A DNA stretch of 64,000 nt. It comes from Paramecium tetraurelia (taxonomy: Eukaryota). Shown one piece after another: positions 1 through 11,734 of this stretch. How positions within the stretch are numbered: the stretch's first letter is position 1; every line of letters starts with the position of its first letter. The DNA is taken from positions 1 to 64,000 of the forward strand of contig CT867997.1 of assembly GCA_000165425.1 (NCBI GenBank). The letters are read 5' to 3'. The notes under the pieces are model-generated. The model had not been told where the DNA came from, searched no databases, and saw only the letters and a program-made list of their open reading frames with translations. The position numbers and the translations under genes are program-made.

Positions 1-699
1 CACACGGATAAGACTCAGGCAGAACGAGTCAGGCGGGTATCCGCCATATGTCTGGACGAGGCAGAACGAGTCAAGCACACAACCAATTGGGCTTCCACGC
101 CCGGGCACCTTCACCTACTTAGCTAGCAAAAATAGTGAGATGGGTATTCTTCCTCTAGGAGAGCCGGGATTCTTTGCCTTCGCGTAACTGTCTATTTCTT
201 TAGAAATACGTAGATAGGGGTGGCTTTACCAAACCCAAACATTAATTTTTGGCTAACCCTCAAATTAAAAAGATAATTAGTGATCATAATATCAAATACA
301 ATGCTAACCTCAAACCCAAACTTGAAGGGTATTTACAACGAAATTCCTTAAAGTTTTAGCGAAACTTAATTATGAAAAAAGTACTTGGTGAATATATGAA
401 TGCCAAAGCCATTATTTTATTCCAAGAACCTGAATTCCTTGAAGAATTGTAAGACCCTATGTAATAATTATCATCCAGAAAATCTAATTGGGATAGGAAT
501 AATCAGACGGCTTAAATAAAGGATAAAATTTTAAGGATTGACCACATTATGCTAATTTTAAAGTTTTTTTAAAAATATATTCTTCATATTGAATCGTATT
601 CTGAAATTGATGAAGATTTTTGGATTCTATGGGCTTTACTAAATAATAGGTTTCTTAGATTTTTTCTGCCTTTCCAAATTTAATTTGAAATTTTAATGT

Positions 700-3600
700 A
701 ATATCTAAATTAATAAGAAGATTTAACTATACCTTTATTATTATAATATTATAATTCTTTTGGGTTTTTCTCAATGGCTAAATCATGATATTTCAATGCT
801 TCTTGCAAATCTATTCAGATGTTATAAAGTAATAGCTATTTATCATACAAATGTATTTTACCTTTGTTATTATAAAACCCAGATTCTTCTGGATTTTTCT
901 CAATAGCAAAATCATAATATTCCAAAGCTTCTTCAAATTTATTCATTTTATCCAACATAAATGCTATAATAGTATGAAGAGTTGAGTTTACCTTTGCTGT
1001 TATAATAGTCGGATTCTCCAGGGTCTTTCTAAATAGCTAAATCATAAAATCTCAATGCTTCTTCTTATCTATTCATGCCTTATAAAGTAATAGCTACAAC
1101 AGTATGCCAATTTGATATTACCTTTGTTTAAATAATAGTTTGATAATTCTGGGTTTTTCTCAATGGCTAAATCATAATAATTCAATGCTTCTTCAAATCT
1201 ATTCATGTTTTATAAAGTAATTGCTGGAATAGTATGAAGATTTAAATTTACCTTTGTTGTTAAATAGGTCAGATAATTCTTCTGGTCGTTTCTAGATAGC
1301 TAAATCATAATATTTCAATGCTTCTTCAAATCTATTCAAGTGTTGTAAAGTCATCTCTATCATAGTATGCAAATTTTGGTTTACCTTTGTTGTTATAATA
1401 ATCTTATAATTCAGTTTTTTTCTTAATAGCTAAGTCATAATATTTCAATGCTTCTTCGTAACTATTCATTTAATTTAAAGCCAATGCTAAATTTAGAAGA
1501 ATTATACCTTTGATATTGTAGGTATCTGCAATTCTTAGTAGTTTATCAAAATATTTAAATCACAAATAGCAATTACTTCTTGCGAATCTCCTCATATTAT
1601 ATAATGCAATTGCTAAAATATATCAAATTAGAAAATACCTTTATTATTATAGTAGTCAGAATCTTCTGGGTTTAACTAAATTGCTAAATTATAATTTTTC
1701 AATGCTTCTTCGAATTCATTAATTTTATCTAAGATTAATGCTATGGTTATAATTTGGTTTTTCTACCTTTGTTATTATAAAAGGTTGAAACTTCTGGACT
1801 TTTCTATATTGCTAAATCAATATATTCTAATGCTTCTTCATTTCTACCTAACAATTCTAAAGTGTCGGCTAGTACATTACGCTATTCAATTATACCTTTG
1901 TTTTTGTAATACTATGGGTTTTCAGGATTTTATTAAATAGCAAAATTATAGTATTCCAAAGCTTCTAATTATCTATTCATTTAATTTAACATAAATGCTA
2001 TGATGGCATACAGATTAGAGTTTACCTTTTTTGTTATAATAGTCTGATTCTGCTGGATTTTTCTAAATAGCTAAATCATAATATTTCAATGCCTCTTATT
2101 ACCTATTGATGTTACTTAATGTATCAGCTTGTAATTATATATATTGAATTCTACCTTTGTTGTTATAATATTCTGCTTCCTCTGGGCTTTTCTGAATTGC
2201 TATATCATATTATTCTAAAGCTTCAATAAATCTCTCCATTTTATTTAAAGTTAATGCTAGGTTATTTTGATTGATTGTATTATACCTTTATTGTTATAAT
2301 AGTCTGATTCATCAGGGTCTTTCTAAATAGCTAGATCATACTGTTCTAAAGCTTCAACTAATCTATTCATTTTATTGAGTGTTATCCCTGAGTTATAATT
2401 TGAGTTATACCTTTACTCTCAAAATATTTTGATATCTCAGGGTTTTTCTAAATAGCTAAATCATAAAATTATAATGCTTCTTCAAATCTATTCATGTTAT
2501 TTAAAGTCATTGCTACAATAGCATGTAAGATTTATTTTTACCTTTGTTATTATAATAGTTTGATTCATTAGGGTTTTTCTCAATAGATAAATCATAAAAT
2601 TTCAATGCTTCTTCATACCTATTGATTTTATTTAATATTATTGCTAAGTTATTAGATTGATTATATTATACCTTTGTTGTTATAATAATTTGATATTTCT
2701 GGTTTTTTTTCAATTGCCAAATCAGAAAACTCCAATGCTTCTACAAATCTATTCAATTTGATTAATATCATCGCTAAGATAATTTAAAAATTTAACTGTA
2801 CCTTTATTATCATAGTTTTCTGAATCTTCTGGGTTTATCGAAATTGCTAAATCAAAATATTTCAATGCTTCTTCATATCTTTTTAATAACTTTAAAATTT
2901 TAGCTATGAATTATGCTATTTTATTTGCCTTTGTTATTATAATAAACTGATTCATCTGGTTAATTCTCTATAGCTAAATTACAATATTCCAAGGCATCTT
3001 CAAATCTATTCAATGTACTTAAAATAAGTGCTTTGAGTTTAAAAAAAAGTTAATAATACCTTTACGACTATAACATTCTGAATCTTCAGGATTTTTTGAG
3101 ATGGCTTGATCAATTTATTCCAAGGCCTCTTCATATCTATTCAACAATTCTAATGTTCCAGCTATGAAGTTATGCTATTTATGTATATACATTTGCTCAT
3201 ATAATAGACTGAGATTTAGGAATTTTTTTAAATAGCCAAATCATAATATTACAGAGCTTCTACTAATCTATTCATTTTATTCAAAGCCAAAGCTAAATTA
3301 TTTTTGAATTTATACCTTTGGTATAATAATAGTGTGATTCTTCAGGATTTTTAGAAATAGCTAAATCAGAAAATTCCAGAGATTCTTCAATTCTATCCAT
3401 TTCTTTTAATATAATCGCTAACATATCAAGAAAACTTAATTTTACCTTTGTTATAATAATAATCTGATTGTTCTGAGGATTTTTAAATTGCTAATTCAAT
3501 ATATTTTAATGCTTCGACAAATTTCTGAGCATTTTGTAATGCAATTGCTAATATTACTGAAATAATATTACCCTTATAGTTATAAAAACTAGATTCCTCA

Positions 3601-5324
3601 GGGTTTTTCTAAATTGCCAAATCATAATATTAGAATGCTTCCTCAAATCTATTCATTTCTGATAAAGTATTGGCTAGGAGATTATGATGATAAATTATGC
3701 CTTTGCTATTATAAAATACAGGATCTTCAGGGTTAATTTTAATAGCTAAATCATAATATTTCAATGCTTCTTAATGCCTATCCAACATATTTAAAACAAT
3801 CCCTATTTACTGATTTAATTATACCCTTGTTCAAATAATAGACTGAGTCTTCAGGATTTTTCTGAATGGCCAAATCATAATTTTCTAATGCTTCTTCATA
3901 TCTACCTAATCTATCTAAAGTGTCTCCTTTGATTTTAGAATAATTTAAATATACCTTTATTATTATATAGATCTGCATCATCAGGGTTCTTCTAAATAGC
4001 TAAATCATAACATTCTAATGCTTCTTTGAATCTGTTCATTTTATCTAATGTCATGGCTTAGAGAATTTACTGATTTTTCATACCTTTATTATTATAATAG
4101 TCTGATTCATTCGGGTTTTTCTTAATTGCTAAATCATAATATTTCAATGCTTCTTTATGTCTAGCCAACTTATCTAAAGTCATCGCTTAGATATCATATG
4201 ATTTACGTACCCTTGTTACAATAATATTCTGATTCTTCAGGGTTTTTCTTAATAGCTAAATCAAACCATTTTAAAGCCTATTTATATTTTTTCATTTTAT
4301 CTAAACTCATTGCTAAATTATATTGAGACTTAATTTTACCTTTATTATTATAATAGGCTGGTATTTCTGGATTTTTCTAAATAGCTAAATCAAAATTTTC
4401 CAAAGCTTCAATAAACCTATTCATCTTATCCAAAGTATTGGCTTGAATATTATTCTTGGTAAATTTATACCTTTGTTAAAATAATATTCAGAATAATGAG
4501 GGTTTTTCGAAATGGCTAAATTATACAGTTCTAACGCTTCTGCAAATCTATTTATTTTATCTAACGCTATCGCTAAGGAAATGTGCAATTTAATTTACCT
4601 TTGTTATTATAATGGTCTGATTCTTCAATGTTTTTCTAAATACCTTAATCAAATTATTTTTATGCTTCTTAAAAACTATTCATTTTAACCAGGATTTTAG
4701 CTATTTCTATGAAGGAGAGTTACATTTAATTTTTTCATTGACTGATTCTTTTGGAAATTTTTAGAGTTCTAAACTCGAAATGTTTTATTCCTATTTCTCC
4801 AATATATTTGCTATTTAAATTTTACTTAAACTTTTTTGTGAATCATTTACTTGGATCTTATTGAAATTAATAACATCCTCCTCCTAAAATTGCATTCCTT
4901 AATCTGATAATTTTGTCAAATTTTTTAATTACAAAGAATGATCGAGTATTTCCTCTTTGAAGCAAATTTGAAAATTATTGTATGATTCAATCTAAATACC
5001 ATCTTATTCCAAAATTTTCATCTGATTTTTGGAACTCATTTCAAAACATTTTTTTTTTTTCTAATTTAATTGACTTTTTTTCCAAAATTTTTTATATTTT
5101 TGTAAATTTGCTTTATTCTGAATATTTTATGGGTGGGATGTAACTGAATCCTTAGCATGTCTATCCTCAAAATTAATTGATTGTTCATCCAAAATTATTC
5201 GCTAGAGATTGTTAGCATCTTTTAGTTAGGTCAAGTTATAAATAGAACAATTTAGTTATTCATCTTCTCTTTATTGACTTACATCCATTTACTATTTTGT
5301 TTCATTTTCACAAAATTACTTCAT
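700..5324 (-). CDS. Large TPR-repeat protein (~31 tandem 34-aa TPRs, ~32 introns); 3' end degenerate and unresolved
   Basis: ATG at 5324 (MKQFCENETKQQMDVSQQ...). Then repeats like A.TL..MNRFEEALKYYDLAIQKNPE.SDYYNNK, each interrupted at the same point (AAA G|GT...AG|C) by a 21-28 nt intron, period ~125-130 bp. Apparent +1 frameshifts at ~805 and ~1582. Confidence 0.9.
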
Positions 5325-6394
5325 AATTTATCCAAAATGCTATCTTTAATTTATTAATATTAGAAATATCTAAATTTCATTTTTATTAAGATATCAAAAC
5401 AAAATATTGGAGATAAAACAATAAAGTATCTTTATGAAATGGCAAAAGCAAATTTAGGGAATTTTAGACAATCTTATATTGTTTGAAAAGGCTAGGAACA
5501 ATATTTTCATTTGATTATTTTTCGAATTGAAAAAAGACTTTAACCAAAACAAAAATGGAAAATCCTATTTAAATACTTATCCAAATTATATAATAAATGA
5601 ATGATTAAAATCAAATTTTCAGAGACGTTCAATGAATAAGCAGTAATTCTGTTTTAACTAAATAAATTAGATACTTAAGATAGAATAAAATTTTCAAATA
5701 AACCAATTTATTTAAGTTCTGTTATCATCTATTTGTAAAATGATTGTACTAAATAATTAAAGTTAATTGGACTGATTGATAATAATCCATAAGATTTACT
5801 TTGACTTGATATTTGATTGGTTCTCATTAATTTAAATATTATTCTATCTGGTAAATGTGAGAATTTTCTAGGTTAAGACTCAAATGATTGTTGAAGAAAC
5901 CTTTTAGTCAAGGAAAGCTGGATTTTTCAGAATTATTCACTATAATATTTTTTCCATAAAATTGATTAAGCCTGAGTCCTTTATATTAAAGGTGAAGATA
6001 TTAAGAAACTAGATTAAATTCAAATTATTTAAGAATAAATAAGCACAGAAGAGCACAAATAAGAATGAAATGAGTTTTCTGTCTATATCCTTCTTAATTT
6101 ACGGTTTTAGTAGTTATGAATTCAATGTAAAAAATTTCAACTCATTTCAATATAATACTTTATTTTTGACAGAGTAAATCCTTTCATCTAATTTAGACAT
6201 TCCAAATATTCGAACACTTCTAGACTTCAAACATTAATTATACATTTAAATTACGTATTAAAGGCAAATTATAAAGAAAAATTGAATTCTATTTCAAAAA
6301 TTTATCAGAATAGTATTTGTTTAAATAAATAACACTCTATTATTGCATTAAAAAAATAAAATTATTTCTCTGTGTTTTTAATAAAATCTAATAG

Positions 6395-7556
6395 TCAGTC
6401 CGTCTGATCGATAATTGTAATTTGGCTTCCTTTGTAAGCATTAAGTTTTAGGTCGAGCCCAACTTCATCTAAAGTTGTCTATGCTCTTTATCTTGCTGAC
6501 TTAATCAATTAATCTATTTCGTTAAAATCAAATGCAGTGGCTGAATAAACTTATGATTTTATAGCTGAACCTTAGGTATGGAATGAACTAAATTGCGATT
6601 CTAAAAATTCTAAAGCTATTATAATTTTAACCTTTTTATCTTCCAGGAGGATTCAAAAAATGGGAAATATTGTCCGACTACGGTTAAAGTTAATCTTAAA
6701 TTAATAAATAATTTAGACGATCTTAAGGGTGAAATTTTAACATGGAACTCAATAATTATTTAAAAGAGTTGGAAAATTAATGTTTCAAACAAAATTTATC
6801 AATTTGTTAGGATACAAAATCTCTTTTATATTCTAATGTATCCTAATTATAATATTCACCACATCTAATGCCGCTCATTAAACTAACAATCATTAGACCT
6901 AAACAAAACACATTCACTAGTTCTTAATCTGTGCTATCAGTTCTGATTTCTCCTTTTAATAATATTAGTTATTCAGGAGCAATATATTCCAAATCTCTTA
7001 AACCAAAGAGAATCTTAAAATAATTATTGATCTTTTGAGTTTCCAAAAATTGATCAAAATATTTGATATTTCTATTTTCGTCAATTAAAACCTTTTGAGG
7101 GTGAATGTCTTGGATTTCATTTTTTTAATCCTTCATATATTAACAAACATTTGAAATCTCAAAAATAATATATAAAAGCTCTTATTCTGTATAAGTTGTT
7201 CTATGTATTTTTCTTTGTTTAAAATCATTGGATAATGACTCACTGTAATATTCAACTGTTATCGACAAGACCATAAATGAACTACATAAGTCATCAATCT
7301 CTCCCTTTTCATGCTTCTTTATTTTTATTAAGCATCTATGATTCAGTTATTATCTATCAATATTGTTTTCAATATACCTTTTAGTAATACTTTATTCCAA
7401 AGCTTTTGCATCTATATCAGATGATAAAACATGCTTAATTTCAGTAAAGGTAAGGTTATTATTTTTATCTAAATAGACAGCAACCTCTCCATAATTGGGA
7501 TCAAGTTTTCTTTCTAAGAATTCCCTTGACTATTCCTTCTCTTGTTGGTTGCCCAT
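6395..7556 (-). CDS. Protein kinase-like protein (probable pseudokinase) with N-myristoylation-type start
   Basis: MGNQQEKE start. Kinase-fold remnants QDIHPQKVLID..IKYFDQF, EYIAPE, VNVFCLGL. Ends IDQTD-TGA. Confidence 0.75.
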
Positions 7557-7797
7557 AAAAAAATAAATTTAATATTGATAATTAGTATCTAATCGTTTCT
7601 TATTAATTATCTTAAACCCTCAATATTCAAGAATTGAAAAGGTTTAGAAAAAAATTACAAAATTAATGAAGAGTGCTGAATATTAACATTTGTACAATTT
7701 CTTCAAGCTATGCTTTAAGAATGTATGCATTTCTTCCATTTGTTATTTATTTTAGTTTAAATGAATCAGAAGATATAAATTAATTTAATTAGAAATC

Positions 7798-9149
7798 ATG
7801 GATTAAAAAAAGAAAAAAAAAGACAAGATAGGAAAAAAAATTATTGAAACAATATTTCCATTTATGGTAAGGTCTTGATTTAATTTAGTCAAATCAAAAA
7901 GCAAACCAATAAACAATTGGATAAGGAGAATAAGTTTAAAAAAAGGTAGATCCTTACATGGATCTCTGCCAATTTGAATACATCTATTCCTCTATGAAAA
8001 GTGTCAGTGAAGGGTCCATTTCAATCTTCAGCGAATGGTTAAAAATAATGCAAGCAGATTTAATCGATCTCAATAAACTTTCTTAATTGATTATAAATGG
8101 AATTAACGATGAATGTAAAGCATTAAGAGGAGTAACTTGGAGAATTTTACTAGGGTATTTAATAAAGATATATCAAGAGATACCTGACACCTTCAAAAAA
8201 ATAATGGATTAATCGATTAGAAACAAATAAAAAAAATTACATAGCATTAGTTGATGAGCACATTTTATCCACATTAAGAAATAGTAAATAGCCAGCATAA
8301 AATGATCACCCTCTAAATCGGTCAAAAGATTCCTCTTATAACAATCGTTTCGAAGATTTTAATCTGTGGTAAACAATTGAAAACGATACTAAAAGAACTC
8401 GCTAAAGAGAAGGATTTTTTCACATAGAAAATTAAGAAGCCTCTTTATTCGAAGATGTAAAAAAACTTTATATATAGGATTAAGTTGCTATCCTTAGACT
8501 AAAGAGAGTTGATATAGAATATAATTATGATGTGCTGACTCGAATTTTATTTATTTATACAAAATTAAATGGGTAATACATTTAAGGGATGAATGAACTT
8601 GTGGCAATTTTATACTATTGCTTTGTAAATGATGACAGCACTCTTTTGAGGTCTTAAGCAGAAGTAGACACATTTTTTTGCTTTACAATATTATTGAGTT
8701 AATTTAGATACAATTTTTTTTCTAAAGATGAGGCTAGCATTTGCAATGGATTTATTTAAAACAAGATCAGAGTTGTTTAAGAAATAATAAAAAAACATGA
8801 CTTTCGACTTTATGATCATATGCTGGTAATTTATTTAGTATATTATTAGAAAATTAAAATTGACCCAAAATTATTTATGTCCAAATGGTTTATGACTGTT
8901 TTTACAAAAGAATTTAAGTTATATGACACAATAATTTTATGGGATCACATTTTGTGTGAATTAGATGACAAGAATGAATTATTGAATTATATCGCCTTAG
9001 CGATCATACATTGGTTAAGAGAGGACTTATTAAAAGGAGAGTTTGGGGAAGTTATAACTATTCTTCAAAATTTGGAAAATCAAAAACTAAAAGTTATTCA
9101 ACTTATAGAGACTACTTTGATGTATAAAAAATAGTTCAAACTTAAATGA
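7798..9149 (+). CDS. TBC-domain Rab GTPase-activating protein
   Basis: LRGVTWRILLG, IENDTKRT, YIQGMNELVAILYYCF, WFMTVFTKEF..TIILWD motifs, with several short introns. Confidence 0.9.
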
Positions 9150-9282
9150 TTACATGTTCTAATTATAATGAACCTTTTCAAAATGCTATTTTAATTTTAA
9201 TTCATGTTTTTCTGTTTATTTCACATTTTTACTAGATTGATTAATATTAAATTATATTAACAATAAAATTTCTTCAAAATTA

Positions 9283-10219
9283 ATGAAATTACATCATAGG
9301 CAGTTTAAATTAGCATAAAGCAATAACAAAAATGTAACAATTTTGTACGATATAGGAACTGATAAATTTTTAAGGGCAAAAATAAAATAACAACAATCAT
9401 CGATAGAAACTACTATTGTTTGAAAAACCAGATGTAGATTAAGGTTTGCAAACTCAAGAGAAACCTTTAGAAAATAAATTAAAAAAAGTACCCTCATATT
9501 AAATTTAGAAATTGCTACCATAAGAAGAAATTGAAAGTCAACATAAAATGGGATTAAAATAAAACTATTCATTTCGTAGGAAACTAGTTCCTCAAGGGTT
9601 TTAATAATTGATTTCCCCAAGGGTTCAGTCTCCTTATGATTAGAGAGATTGGATAGAGTTTTTATCAAAATAAAACGAAAAATTGTTGGAAGAAAATGAA
9701 ATAAAACAGAAAATAATTAATTAACTTTTAGAATCCCAAACTCAACCACAAAAGATATCAAATTTAAATTCCCCAAGACTTTAATAATTCCCCATCTAAT
9801 AGCCTCCAAAATCAGTAGAAACAAAAAAAGTAACATCACAAATTTCGAGATTACCTTAGATTAAAACTCCTTAACCTAATTTAAAACATAGAATAGAAGT
9901 TAAAGAAACCGATTAAACTCAAGATGAGTCTACTAAGTTGTTTCAATGTTTTTCTCCGCATGTAATGAACTAATAAAATTGGAGCTTTGGAAAATAGTTA
10001 AATTTTGATGATGAAAAGATTGAAGAAAAATAGAATCAATAATAGTAAATAGCACCTTCGAACACTAATTAATTGAAATCTACTTTCTAAAATAAATTCA
10101 ATTAGAAATAGTACTCACATCCAGTTATATAAATAAAAACTAATTTTTCTAAACCTTTACTAAAATTACCTTAAGAATTTCATTTATAAACTTGGAATAC
10201 AAAATAACAATTTATTTGA
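9283..10219 (+). CDS. Hypothetical Q/K-rich coiled-coil protein
   Basis: ATG 9283 (MKLHHRQFKLAQ...), coding-like code-6 frame, TGA at 10217-10219. No recognised domain. Confidence 0.6.
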
Positions 10220-10289
10220 GAATTCAAAATATTTACTTAAAATAATGACTAAATAATAATTAAAAAAACAGAATAATTTTTGTTCATTA

Positions 10290-11675
10290 TCATTTATTTA
10301 TCTCATCAATCTCTTCGATTGAAGCCTCATCATCTACATTTTATTTTTCTTGATTTATATCTTGTGAAATTGATTATTCATAATTTGATAATAAGGATGA
10401 GAAGAAGTCTAAACCGTTTACAAATTATGACTCATCAATCTAAGAATTCTTTAAAAACCAATGAAGAAAGCACTTCTTTTAATACAAATTCTTAAATCTT
10501 GATTAAATATTCTTTAAGGGATTTAATATACGTGTTGAATTAGCCACTAAACAAGCAGTTTTATTTCCTCTTCCTAGTTCTGCATTATGAAATTGGACTG
10601 TACTTTTAGAGCTCATTGCAACTTGATAATTGATGGGTACCCAATCTGCGAAATTAATGCATTTAGAATTCTTAAGTTCATTTATGGTGCTTTGTAAATC
10701 TGAGTAGGGGCAATCTCCTCGATAAAATAAATTCACTCCAAAATATTATGATGGATTAGGAGTAAATTTAATAAATGACCCTGCTTCATTAAACAGGGCT
10801 TAAGAGATTTAAAGTAAATTAACACTTGATGAATTTTATTAGTCTCTTTAAATAAAAGGAGCGTAGGATGTGTGTAAAAATTGCAATTCTGGTAGTAAAA
10901 CAAGATTTTAATACATGTCTTATAAATCTACAAAATTTTCAGAATTAAGTCTTTATGTAGAGGTAATTGATGCTATCATCTAAGCAATCATTTTATTTAA
11001 AATGCCAAAATTAGCCCAATCAATTTCTAATTAGCGCTCACATACCTGGGAGAGCGCTGAGTTATCAATAAATATGTTAAAATTAGAGTATTACTTTAAT
11101 TAATTAATAGTAAAAACTGAGTTATATGGCTCCACAATTGTTGATGTTGAATTCTAATCTGACGAAAGCATGGAAACGGTTGATTTTATTACCTTGGAAA
11201 AATCATCCTCAAATTCATTTAATAAATAGGATGCATAGCTCCCTCCAAAACCACCACTTACAGAATGATATATCATAATCCCTTATAAAGAATCGCATTT
11301 ATCTAATAATTAATGAATTTGATTTCTAAAATTTTCAGAAGCTTGTGCACTTTTATAACTTGAAATCCAAATACTTCCTGAATCTCCTTTAAATTCTTAT
11401 AAAGATTTAGTTGAAAACAATTTCTTAAGTTAACCATTTTTGATTTGATCAATACTGTAATCATCATCATCAGCTATATAAGCTAATGGTACATAGCGAT
11501 TATTTTGAGTCTCAGAAAATAATATTTCACGATTTGTGTCATTCTCTTAAATTTCAGAATTATTTGAAACTGATCCATCCAAATTGATACCATGTTCTAA
11601 ACAATATAACTCCCAAAGTGGACTTGCTAGTTGGGCTCCAGATTATCCAAAATGAAATGAAATGATTTCTCTCAT
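10290..11675 (-). CDS. Divergent alpha-like tubulin (461 aa, intronless)
   Basis: [74 protein letters not shown]; acidic tail EEIDEINK*. Confidence 0.9.
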
Positions 11676-11734
11676 TTAAATAATAAAATTTTTTAATTTA
11701 TGTAAGGATTTTGATATTTTAAATCAATTTAATC

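Noticed and set aside
1..130. Hammerhead ribozyme, SRP RNA, 5S rRNA or tRNA in the GC-rich start
   Set aside because: No CUGANGA/GAAA core, SRP helix-8 motif or cloverleaf visible on either strand.
225..325. CCCAAA motifs as a telomere tract or telomerase RNA template
   Set aside because: Only isolated hexamers, no tandem tract, and I could not find the conserved ciliate telomerase RNA context around them.
3..788. TGA-free + strand frame as a real gene
   Set aside because: With a single stop codon, long open frames are common. It is antisense to decaying TPR repeats and has no recognisable domain.
700..4730. Regular ~128-bp repeat/spacer pattern as a CRISPR array or satellite
   Set aside because: The conserved part is 102-nt TPR coding sequence with codon-type variation, and the variable part has intron ends (GT or GC..AG).
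5330..6390. Long intergenic gaps (also 32500-33460, 40150-41440, 49710-50340, 51050-52080) as IESs or transposons
   Set aside because: No terminal inverted repeats, transposase motifs or interrupted ORFs seen. They may be eroded gene remnants, but none could be identified by eye.
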